Positions 37,246 through 49,301 of a stretch of DNA of 64,000 nt are shown in pieces. The stretch is from Ylistrum balloti (lineage: Eukaryota), in NCBI RefSeq assembly GCF_031769215.1, contig NW_026781910.1:744001-808000 (forward strand), given 5' to 3'. The notes below the pieces were generated by a model. That model ran no database searches and was not told the DNA's origin. It saw nothing but the letters and a program-made list of their open reading frames with translations. How positions within the stretch are numbered: position 1 is the stretch's first letter; every line of letters starts with the position of its first letter. Made by a program: the position numbers and the translations under genes.

Positions 37246-37909
37246 TGCACCTATTCACGTTCAAGACAAAAATTACGGTTACCAACGTATTGTTATTATT
37301 TTTAATAAACGATTTATCATTATTAATTCATTACTACAAAAAATATGGATTTGATGATAAACCAAAAATATGACGAAGGGAAGAAATTGCAGTATGACGT
37401 ATGAGGAATTTTCTTAAATTTGATAGTGAGTCTACATATATGATAGATATTAACTACAGATAGATTCTAAAATGTATAAAAATAAAACACTATGCCTACG
37501 GTTGCAAACAAAATTCTAAAGTATAACATTAAAACTATACTGTGTAAGGCATGTGCTAACTGCATGCACACTTTGTGAAACGATCATGTCGTCATTATGT
37601 TAATGATAATTTCTTTTCTTTCAAATGCAGGTCAAGGTCAAATGGTACCATCAGATTGGAAATTATACATGCTAAATATATAAGCCATAACTTTTTTCGG
37701 TTTAATAGTTATGGGCAAGGTTAAAGTTGAAAACAGACAAAACGACAGCATCAACGAACAATATGTCCCCGATCTTTCAATCTGGGGGCATAAAAATCGC
37801 TTGCAGCTACATGATAATGTGTTGTGACACAATGAAGATCATTTGTAAACTGATCTGGTTACTTTGATAGAGTTTCTTTACCATTCTAAATATATGTTTA
37901 TTATTATTA

Positions 37910-37915
37910 TTTTTT

Positions 37916-37957
<42 letters not shown>

Positions 37958-37966
37958 GGAGGAGGG
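37910..37966. repeat. Poly-T(16)/poly-G(30) homopolymer tract
   Basis: T run 37910-37925, G run 37926-37955, then GGAGGAGGGG. Confidence 0.9.
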
Positions 37967-38738
37967 GTTAGTGGATTCGGATTCCTTAACATTTCTTCGG
38001 AGAACGTGACATTCCTTGGATTGGATTGACCTGGTAAACATGGCGGGTGTCGTCGATGAAGCAGAAAACGCTTACTCTTCCGGAACACTTGGTCTTCTTC
38101 TCTTTATACTTTTTCAGAAGTCTCCGTGTATTTTTTTCTTTTGTTCATATTTTGCTTAAGTTTGATTAAATTTGAGTTTGTGGTAAACTTAAAAGATTTT
38201 TTGTAAAAAGTCACCCAAACCATAAATTGGCAAAGTTCAATACAAAGTTAAATTTGTTGTTTTCATGCAATGCGTTAGTAAGTAGTATCAAAGACAAAAT
38301 ACACTCTCTCTACAGTTAACGACCGAAATAATATTTAAGTAATGAGAAATCAAACATTGTGTGGCTGGCCTTATAATTTCTTTTTGTACAACAGAAGTTG
38401 AACATACAAACAAGCAATAAGAATTCTGAAAAGTGAAAAAATGTGTTAATTTGTTTTTATTTTTTCTAGGGAAAGTCTAAATACCATGCTTAATTTCATA
38501 CAAAAGTGACTGATTACTGTACTTTGTTTCAAAACACGCCATAAATCAATAAGACGAATTCCAGAACAAGAGTAAAAACTAAACTCCTGTTAGGAGAAAC
38601 ACGAAGTTCTGTGTACAAAATAAAAATCTCCGATAATAAATGCCTCTCAGAGGTCATGCATTACGCATACGTCATTTGCAGCGTACCAGTAGCAAGAAGG
38701 ACACTGCTACGGAAAACAATTAGGGTTATCAAACTTAC

Positions 38739-38930
38739 CTTTGTGTCTATATTAACAGTAACCGACTCCTGGCACTTTCAGAACTTGTCAAACGGTAAGG
38801 AACTATTTACATCGCATTTCACATCCTGTCTCCGGTGTTGTTGATCAAATCTAAAAATAACTCTGCTAGTGTTGTCTATATATGCTGACCAATCAGATCT
38901 CTTCATATGAAACGTTGGCGTCTGACGAGA
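38739..38930 (-). promoter_or_regulatory. Putative promoter and non-coding first exon of RhoBTB-2
   Basis: AG|GTAAGT donor at 38739. The ATCTAAAAATA and TGACCAATCAGAT blocks are shared with 24647-24814. Confidence 0.5.
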
Positions 38931-40628
38931 CTGAAGGGATGATTTTAAGATGATCGAAATTTTTCCCTACAAATGACCTAATTTTCTGATTTGTGATTAG
39001 ACGATGGATAAGTAATTTTACATCACAATTTTAGATCGAGGGCAATAACATTGAAGGATGATGTGGAAAGCCGACGAGGCACTCTGTTATTGTTTCTCTC
39101 AAACTTTCAAAGTGTGTGATAGACGGCATTATACAGTCAATTTCTAGAGGAATTTAATAAATATTTCAAAGTCTATCTCAGAAAATTTGGAATGTTACAA
39201 AAATTGTCAAGCGCTTTATATAAATACACCCTTATTTAGCTTTTTAAAAGTTATACATGTAATTAGAACACCCTTAAACGTATAGTATTAGTTAAAACCT
39301 CGTATATTTAAAATGCACTTTAAAGCGACTATAATGTTAAAAAAAACTACGAGAAAACGATATAAAACGTCCTATTTTCCAATAGTATGTTACAAAACTA
39401 AGACTTTCTGTTAATTACTAAAATTAAAAGTCACTGCAACCATTTTTATATTCAACAATATTACACATACATGTACGTGTTTTACATATAGGATGGGAAA
39501 ACATGCTTTGTGCCTATATCAAGTTCTTTCAAAACTGATAAATCTTTTCTGACAATAAAATTTGTATATTTAAAAAAAAAAACCCATTAAAATCAGTAAT
39601 TTCAAATATATCGCAGCTAAAAAAGGGGATAGCTGATAATAGAAGCTTAAGCAATATTAAGCCAAACCACTAAGATATGTTTATTCTTAAAAGATTCAAT
39701 CATTGCTATTATTTCTTAGGTTTTTCTTTTTTCAGTTACAGGCTTTGCGCTATCTCTCTTTATTTTTCTAAGCGGTACACTTCTACTGTATGACGTAAAT
39801 TTTGCCTGTAACTTGTTTTCTAAATTGGTATTGTATTCAAAGGTGCAATTCATTAAATGTTTTTCCTGTAGCCCATTTGGTCAAAAGTGTTTCGTACTAT
39901 AAGAGAATTAACGTTTTGTTCTTTACAATTCCACATAGATAGATACATTATAGAATAATATATTCCGGGAGGACCAATCCACTCGCTCTTGAAAAATACT
40001 GCAGAATTGATGTAAATGAGTTTTCAGTCTGTAAAATGCCTTTACAATATAACAAACATATTTAGTTGTAAACCTGAAGAAGAATTGTAAAAACGCATGA
40101 ATTAGATATATCTGGAAATAAGCGCCGGTTTGCTAAAATCGAGACGAACGGGAAAAGACATCACACAGGTCTAGATCCCGGACCTGAAAAAATAATTTCA
40201 CCTCTGTGGAAGTGGATGATGTATTTAACAAATCATAGAAATATGTCTGTCTAATAAAGGCTGATATAACGGCAGCTGTTAGGACAACTTACAACAACTT
40301 CGCTGTATAATCATTTGAATTAAGGCTACAAAAGTTACAGAATCGCCCTTTAAAGTCAGAAAATTTTAGTCTGATTTAAAATTTGTGAGGTATTTGAAGA
40401 AATCGCCGTTTAAAATTGATCTTTATGTTACCACAAAATGATGAAAGTTTGATTTTTTTCCAACAGGTCCAACACCCCATTCAGGCAGACGTGTGTTACC
40501 TCTTACGGAGGATGTTAACGTGGGACGAGCGACGGTTGGTGATCCGGGAAAAGAAAGCTGGAAGAACCGATCACAGTATAACAATGATGTTTATTTACAA
40601 TGAAACAAATAAACTATATATTTAAAGA

Positions 40629-41792
40629 TGTCACACTCGCTAACTCATACACTCATAAACCAAATAATGATAAGTGTCCCTGTAGCTTCTAGCTCACGAA
40701 ACAGAACAGTGTTCCTGTCAAACTCAATAGAGTTCCATAGTCTGAATCACCGTGACTCAGTCACCGTCCTCAAGCAGTTCCACGCTTGTATCACCATAAT
40801 AGGCAACGCACTTATGTCAATGACATGACAGCTGATTAAGTGCTGAATTCAAGTCGCCGACCCTGGCAGTGTAACTTCTAAGTATGCTCCCTCGCTGACC
40901 TTGACCCTGAATGAAAGTCGTTACTTCTGGTCGGTCCTGACGCTTGGGTCGCAATGTAAAGGAGAGGCCTGCCTGGTCCTGACTCAATAAATGTTCCAAC
41001 CCGTCATGTGAAGCTATAATGATTAACACAAATAGTTATAATTTCCACTCACACTTCCATACTATACTAACAAAACACATGGTACAAAATACTTATTATT
41101 TACCATAATTATTCAACTTTAGAATGAACCATAATTAGAAAATACTGAAATACGTTCATATTAGCGTCGAAATAATGTGCGGCTCCAAATTACAAACAAA
41201 ATAAAACAAAATTACGAAATACACCAACTGACACCTCAAGGCTTCCATACTTTTTCCACTCGTTCGCGTACGCACTACGCTCGGCACTAATAAATTGATC
41301 AGGGCTTCCATAGATTTTAAAATCGACCCGAAACATGACATAGACTATGCAGTTTCATGTACAACACTCCAATATGTTTATATCATGTGCATATTTAGGA
41401 AAACAAACATAATATATTCAATTATAGTACGAAAACAACAAAAATGAAAGTTATCAACATACAAACAATAAACAATGGTCACGGCTGACTGGAGCGCACA
41501 GATACTTAGATTGTTTGACCCGATATATGGACTGGTACAAAACAACAATACCAACTAATATAGAAAAGAAAAAGAGATAAAGATTACTTACCACAGTGAG
41601 TCCCCTGTGCCTGTCTCACATGACACTAAATGCCGATAAATCCATATCGGGTGCACGGTAACAATGACACAATACCTGTCATGAGAATCTCACCCCGTGC
41701 ACACCTACCCGTGACGCAATTCCGCCTAGCGGTACCCTACCATTAAGGTGACTTACCCCAAGTGTATACAAAATATACATGCTTACGTGACA
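40629..41792. mobile_element. Possible solo LTR
   Basis: TGTCAC...GTGACA termini around a CpG-richer 1164-bp block. The flanks AAAGA/GAGGA match only 3/5 and no PBS or PPT is seen. Confidence 0.3.
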
Positions 41793-42689
41793 GAGGACAC
41801 GGAACTGACGCCACGACAAATCAGCAAGTATTTGTCCAAATCACGCAAAAAGGGAGGCCCAGCTCCTGCCCCACCACGTCGAACTACATCGTGTAAGGAC
41901 ACACCGGAAAATCCCAAAGATATGGAGAATTAACTGAAAGCAAATTTGATACTGCAGAACGCTAAGATAGAAAGTTCTACCATTGTGGGGAAGTATGATG
42001 AAAATGAAACCCTAGAAAGGGACTCCTCTGAAAACACTCCTCTGAAAATGTGCAACGATTGGAGTCTGCCCATTTCATAAGAGGGCGAGGCTTACTAAAT
42101 GCTGAAAGTGGAAGTGTGATCATGGGTAAATTAGATGTGGATAATGTTACCAAAGTCATCAGTAGTTATGAAACCATTCCAAAGGGGCGTAGAATTGAAG
42201 CATACCTTGCATCAATGGAGAGTGGAACTGAGCGAAATCCAGTCCAGGAACTTCCCCAAGTAGAGGACCATGACTCTGGGACAGACACTGCCAGCATTTC
42301 CTCATGTCAAGTGCTCCTACCAGAGGCTTCAGCAGCCAAGGTAGTACCCAGCACTGAGGCAAACATCATTAAACCTGAACCCAATGTAAAACCATCAGCT
42401 GTTGTTAAATCACAATCACAGCACACAATTGTTGAGAATTCCACTTCTCATCATGGAGCTCTTCTTCAGAGACATAAATCTGATTTGACACATGGAGCCA
42501 TGTCTGCCACTATTGACCCCATACAACCCAAAAATTATTACCCTAACCCTAAACCAAGGCCCTAAACTGTCTCATATATTCAGAGACCATGGTGAGACCA
42601 ATAGCCACAAAGGTCATGAGCCATTGTTGTCTATACCTACTTCAGTAAACAAGTCACTGGAAGCCTCTCTTGACCACAGGTATAGTTAG
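41793..42689 (+). pseudogene. abl: Decayed fragment of an Abl tyrosine kinase C-terminal region (no SH3/SH2/kinase)
   Basis: KSRKKGGPAPAPPRRTTS resembles the Abl PxxPxR motif. GKLDVDNVTKVISSYETIPKGRRIEAYLASME and LLQRHKS resemble fly Abl GALDVMNVKQVVNRYGTLPKGARIGAYLDSLE and LQRHRT, as I recall that sequence. In-frame stop at 41931 and at least two frame changes. Confidence 0.7.
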
Positions 42690-45614
42690 GTATAGGTTGT
42701 CTCCCCATTATTTCATTACCAACATGTCTGAAGTGAACATTTACTCTACAGTGCTCTCTACTAGTCTGTCATTCTTTACCTTAATATAATTGAACTTGTT
42801 TCAGTAAGTTCAACTTGATAGTGTTATCACCCTCCATTTCTAATTAAAACCATAAACTGCATATTCAGACTCCATTTCTAATCCTTCTAGGATATTTTTG
42901 TCCTCAAATGATTTCCATTCTAATCTTCCTGGATTAATTTACCTACATAGTGTTGGATTAAGCTGATTTAAAAGTACTCATCACAGGAAAGTGAATGACT
43001 CAAGCCTCAATAATTATTGTCTTCTCAATGTTAATTAAGATACAATGATCTGTTTACTTTGTCTATTCTTAGTTCATCTTTATCACATGGTTGACTGTTC
43101 TGAAAATCACTTGTCCACCTGTTCATAAAAAAGTTGTTATAACTATTTCTTAAGCAGTATTCAAGGGGAATAGATCCCCTTGATCCTGAGTTGAGCATTG
43201 CCTATTTTTTTTAGACAGATCAGAAAACCAAAATGCCTAATTAATTTTTGACTATTATAATTTTAAATCGCTATTTACTAGAGAAATTGTGGATGGATTT
43301 TTCTCAAATTTCCTTTGCAGAACAGGAAATCAGAAAGACCAACATGTGAGTTATGTATTTTCTATTTTGGGGACAGACAGGAAAACAAAAAAATATCTCT
43401 CGTTCTAAAATTTAATTTGTCAGTTTCCCTTGTCTTACATAAAACCAATAAAGATCATAAAATGGTTGGCATCAAGATCCCTCGAGGATCTGTTTTATTG
43501 TGATGTTTAATAATTGATAATTGTACATAACTGTAATATGTAGTTAATTGCCGTACAATTAGCACTCTTCAGCTTATAACATGTAGTCGTGAGTTATCAA
43601 AATCCAACTCTAATTGGAAAAGAATATAAACACTTTTCTGCAACAAAAGCCTTTTTTCAATCTGCCCTTTTGTTTTTAGACATGTTCTTTTCTTTAATTC
43701 AACTTCTCACATATGTGCAGCATATTCACACACTCATACATCAGTCATGTGATGAAATCACATTCTCGCAACAGTTATGTGAAATACATTAAGACTCCCT
43801 TACAACTAAGTGATGTATTGAGGCACGTAACCTCATTTATCAGTTATGTGAAGCAGTCAGATCCTTACACATCAATTATGTGGTACCAAGTCATATTCTT
43901 ACAAGTCGAAAGGGCTTCCAGATTGTTATTCTAAATGAATTAAGTACATTAGGTCTTCAAATTAGTCACATTAGCAAAATGGAAATATCTTCTAAAATGA
44001 AAATAGTGTGACTCGCTGTATGTAATTAACCTTGACCTTTTATGATGTGATGACTATTGTTTTGAGAAACTCTATTGGTAGACAATATTTTGTACCCTTT
44101 TGGTATGTTAAATATTGTTCCAGTTGATGTGACAATAATCATTGTACAGGTGTGTAGAGATCATGTTCCTTTCTTCACACTCCTCTCCATAAAATTAAAA
44201 TCAACCTATACTTTATGTAATTTACAAGTTCAATAATTAACATAAGCTCTGAACAGCTTCTGCTTTGACAACACTAGGTGAAAATTGTTGTTTTTGGTGT
44301 TGAAGGAAAAGTCACTGCTAGGACCAAATTGTGGTCGTTGGTGGGGAGTTAAATGATCCAACAGATATCATGCCCTGCTGCCTGTGAGTATGGTATAGGG
44401 AAAAGTGGTCTGAAGATCATGCCTAAATTAGCAAGAACAGCTATGGGATCACCTTTAGTATATGTTGTTTCACAACTAAATAGCAGTTCCTTTCAGCATA
44501 AAATGATCTTTCCTTACAATATACCGTTGACAGTTGACCTACATGAAAGATACAGGATAGATTAGTATTACATTTCCTTCCATCCATCCTTCTTTCTCAT
44601 TTGTTCACATATCAGCATTCCAGGCAATTCTAAAACTGTTTAGCTTATTGGATTTGTCTTTTTAGGTCAACAGCAAGTTATTTTTGGGCACTGTCTTCTG
44701 ATGTTAATCTATCAGTCACATACTGTCCATAGCAATTGAGATAAAGTGTCTAGCCCTACAGCACAATCAGTACATAACAGACTGATCTGTTTCTCAGTTT
44801 CCTGTGAAACACAAACCACCAGGGATAGGGAGTATTGAACCACACACGTCAGATACCTGAGGCTGTGTAAGACAATGCTCTGCAGACTGCATTCATGGCC
44901 CTCTTCTTAACCATACTTAAAGTGTACCTTGAGTGGTTGCTATGTTTTGTTACTAAACACTTTATTTTATACAATAAAAGACCAAGAAAATGTGAAAGTC
45001 TGATTCCGAGATATTGTGATTGACCTGACATGCACACCTTTGACTCAACGGCAATAGCCTCAATATGGGTAGCCCATATCTGTGACGTCACAAGTATAAC
45101 GCTATTGAAACAGCCTATAGGTACATACCAGGAAGCTTCCGTCATGTGTTCGATATGCAAGCTTTTTAACTACTTATGTGATATATTCCATTGACACTGA
45201 CTTCTGTAGGTTACATTTAAAGTGCTACATACATAGAAAAGTGACTTTTTATTATTATTATTTCCCTGTTGAGTAGACAAGCAATGTACAGTATGTGGAT
45301 GTCTGAACACACGCAGATGCTATCTAGATTGATATGCTTTCATAATTTGTGAATCTAGTGACTGTAAATGTTATACTTTTTTGTATAATCCAATTGATCT
45401 CTAGAAATTATGACCATTCCTTAATCTATATGTTGCAAACCGACAACTGTTTAAGAATTCAGTCATATTAATGAAAGTACACCCGCCTCCTCTTAGTTCT
45501 TTACAAATGCAGATAAACTATTAGAACATATACATTACAAAAATCTATACGCATAATGAGCAGCAACATGCGTATTTGAATTTGTAGTGATAAAGGCCGG
45601 AAACAAGACAAGCC

Positions 45615-45700
45615 AAGCTAACCAAAATGGCTAACTCAACCCTAGGATTCATGAGGAGGAATCTGAAGAATCGTCAGACAGGAAAACAACATATCTAGCA
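45615..45700 (+). mobile_element. Short CR1/L2-type LINE ORF2 fragment
   Basis: Reads MANSTLGFMRRNLK, similar to the KAN..LGFLRRN motif downstream of CR1/L2 RT. Confidence 0.45.
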
Positions 45701-46333
45701 TAGAGAGGAACACCAGACTAGACATAAGGTCGCTATATTTCACCACGGACTTGTGATAGATACTGTTTGTCAATGATTTCACACGATATTGCGCGTCGGA
45801 TTCAAATTTCTATTTATAAATCATGGCTCTAAATCCACTATATACGTGTAGTATTTGACAAGAAGTGACGGAGTAACGGCACAAGCCCTCGCTCTCTCTA
45901 ACTAATTAATCATCGAATCCCAAAAACTCCTTGTTTTTAAAAGTCGAACGAAGATTTTTTTTTTTTTTTTGGCTTTTCGAGTTGTATGTTTTATCTGAAA
46001 TTGAATCATATACGTCTCTGATTGAATGCACTACCGCAAATGCGTGTGTTTACCTTTGGTGATTATGAGAATTCGTTATAAAAAAAATACCACATGAAAC
46101 CAGTGTCTGCAGTGATCACATCCCTTAGTGTCATACGATTATTTAATTCCGTAGAAACAGTAGATTTCGTCGTTGAACTTCTACCGTCTATCTCCATAGT
46201 CTTTGTCATTCCCATGCTTGGCATGAGACTCTATATTCTTGCTGAAAATAAACGCATTAATGATCCTACTTTTTTCTTACTTTCACTTTACCTGCGTCCG
46301 TTCATGTAACTCGGTTTGAGTCCTGTTTGGAAA

Positions 46334-49301
46334 ATGAGTAATTTCTCAAATGACAGAAGACAAGAGATAGACATAACTGATGCAGTAAGTATATCGTTTG
46401 AAAAAATTATACGCAAAACGTCAGCAAACGGTAAGAGTTCGAGCGGATCTCATCTTCACTCTGAAAGTTAAACTTGAGTTTATTTGTTTTTTTACTTGTT
46501 TGGTTGGTTGACAGGGTTTTCATCTCCGTGACTCCTCCAGTGTCCCGGTATCGTCTCACTGACGAACGTCAGTGTTCTGGCGACGTGTATAGAGTTTTTT
46601 AAACATCGAACCAGAGTATATATATACATGTCTGACCGAGCTAAAAACCAGAAAAGAACAAATGAATATGGATTAGGAATGCAAATTGGCCTATTATACG
46701 CCAATTGGGGTATTAATTTGTTAATGAACATAGCCATAATCGCTTTAAACTGAGCTTGTATAGCCTATCAAAAATTGTTGCCCAAATCACATTAATTTAG
46801 TCACAAGACATCATAGAACTGCAAAAATAAAAATAAAATTGCATGTGGAAAACTATGGAAAAATAGATGCAGTACTTTCAGCCTATATGGCTTATGTTAC
46901 TATAGTTTAATAGGACAGGAAAATCACATGTTCCTGTCGAGTGCCTCGGAAAGGAATTGAACTAAGATATTTAACATGATAATCAACCAGCTCTACCAAC
47001 TGAGCTGAAGAATAACACTATATACACCAACCTGCTCATATTACAATAGTACGTCAAGTCTCTAAGAAGCTAGCACTTTCAGTAAACATCCATTGTAAGA
47101 AAAAATTCACTTTGTCATAAATTAATGTGACTTTTAATAATATATTGCAAAAGATATTGTTTAAACAATTTTAGTTATTTTCAGTAACAAATGCATACCC
47201 CAAGTGGTGTATGGTAGACCAGTTTTCGTATTTTTCACGACCTGACAAAGATCTTTCTTCACCAGCCCATCTAGTTTCAAGCTTCAAAATCAATGCATGT
47301 CTTTCAACTTTATGAAGTGTTCATCTGAGATAAAAAAAATAAGAAAGAGTTGTCTCCTTTGTATTCCTATGCTGAATTTGTCAGTGCTCACTGTGTGTAA
47401 TTGTAACAAGTCCACCATACATCCCTGGTAATAGTATTGTAACAAGTACATTCTTAGAAGTTGAACTGACCAACTCTGAACCCTAGACAAAACTTATCAT
47501 TGTACAAGGTGGTTGGCAAATACCCAAATCCAGTTTTACTACATCTCCTTCAGACTATTCTCAAACCAAAAAAAAAAACACATACTTTTACTTTTGTGTA
47601 TATATTTAACTAACAGTCTGCCTCCCAGCCCCCATCCAGTTATGTATGACAGAAATCTGGAAAGGAAAAACAAGTTCCAGTCAGAGTGTCAGAGTGAATG
47701 GTGAATTGGCACTGAATTTAGTTCCAATACAGTCAAAAAGATACATATTCATAAAATGGGAAACAATTAATTTTGAATGGTTGTTGTTTGGGATGGAATG
47801 AATATCTTCTGTGCAAGCATTTTTTAATATTGACTACGTCTCTATATACACAGCGTGACGATCTCCTGGCCTGTGTGAAACCTGGAAAGTACTTGTGCGC
47901 CGGAGTATTCATCACAAGTGAGTCATATTCTGTGTGGTCAAGACAATTTGTGCTCTATACGATGTTGACTTACTCTGTAATTTTCAAAATACTGAATCCA
48001 TTGAAATGATCATTATACAAATATTAATGCTGAATGCCAGCTTCCACCTACCCAGTCAAAATCATAATGTTGTCTGGGCTTCAATATTACAGCCAGAATA
48101 GTTAAGGTTTTAGGGGGACTGGGTAACATCAGTTATCCAATTTCAATGTGAAGTATATCTTTTATGTTTATGTAAATTGTGAGTTTTAAATTTCAACATC
48201 TATGCCCATACCTCTTACTGAAAAAAGTAAGGTAAAGACCATGAAGCAATACCCATATTTAGTAGTAAATTTATCTTGTGTCCAGCCATTTATTTGCATA
48301 TATCACCAGTGTATTATAACATTGAGCAATTTTCATTGGCTGCACTAATCAGAAAGTGATTGTGATGTCATGATATATGGACAATGATGTTAGGTAATGA
48401 ACTAAACATGGCCCAACAAAATGGCTGCCTCCATTTGAAATCTTCCTTAACATAATATTTCTATGTTATGTGATAAAAAGTATCTTAAATTTGACTTCAT
48501 TGGATGTAATATTTTATGTGATATTTTACTGAAATTAATTACAAATTATTATCTTTTAAGGTTTTTCTATTTTTCTTCAGCACTGGGTGCAGCTTATGCT
48601 TCACAAGAAATTTATATGTACAGAACAAAGAACTTTGTAAAGAGCCGAAACCGATGGTTACTTCCATTTGGAGCAGCTTTTATAGCCTCTTATGGTTTCT
48701 TTATAAACATCTATCTCAAATGTAGGAAAGAAGTGCTGAAGGACTATCCCCAGTTAAACAAGACTAGACAGCCATCTTCATCTAGTAGTCCAAAATCAAC
48801 TGAATTTGATGGTATTTGGTTTTGAAGTTTGGTTAGGAAGAGCTTTCATTTATTTCCCACAATTTTTTTCGTTTACATAAAAAACATAATTTTATCTGAA
48901 ACTAGTGCTTTTATGATGTCAAGTTTAATGGTTAAATACACATTCATGCATGCATTCATTTTCTGGTAATACGCAATTAATATTAGGTAAAGACTAAAGA
49001 TGGTTTAGGGTTATACACCCAGTGTCATATATAAATATATTGAAACAAATGTCACTTTTTTTTATCAGTGCCAGGATAGACCTAGGTATAAGTAGATGTT
49101 AAGTGTCTGGTACTAGACAGCTTAAGTTTAACTAATGAGCCAAATAGTTCAACTTTATATTGTGATTATGACTTTTTGGCGAAATCTCAATAAATGAATA
49201 ATTAAAAAAAAAAAGAAATAAATAAATACCAGGTTTGTGGTAATCATCTCATCCTTTTTCTTATTCTTTTTATTTCAGATGACGAAACTTCAAGCACGTA
49301 G
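46334..49301 (+). CDS. tmem141: Small two-TM membrane protein, TMEM141-like (122 aa)
   Basis: Exons 46334-46384, 47854-47917, 48581-48811, 49279-49301, all GT-AG and in phase. The ACx11FxTxxGxAYxxQ and SYG-x7-KC patterns match TMEM141 as I recall it. Confidence 0.6.
46941..47010 (-). mobile_element. Degenerate tRNA-derived SINE head
   Basis: Minus-strand AGCTCAGTTGGTAGAGC (A box) and a degenerate B box AGTTCAATTCC. No full cloverleaf. Confidence 0.5.

Noticed and set aside
37807-38088. Proline-rich minus-strand ORF
   Set aside because: The poly-Pro/Lys comes from the G30/T16 homopolymers, and it lies in the presumed 5' UTR intron.
46290-46303. Divergent minus-strand micro-exon MNGR with AG|GTAAAG donor, possibly linked to ORF 44849-45160
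   Set aside because: It is only 31 nt from the TMEM141-like ATG, and the downstream pieces give no recognisable protein.
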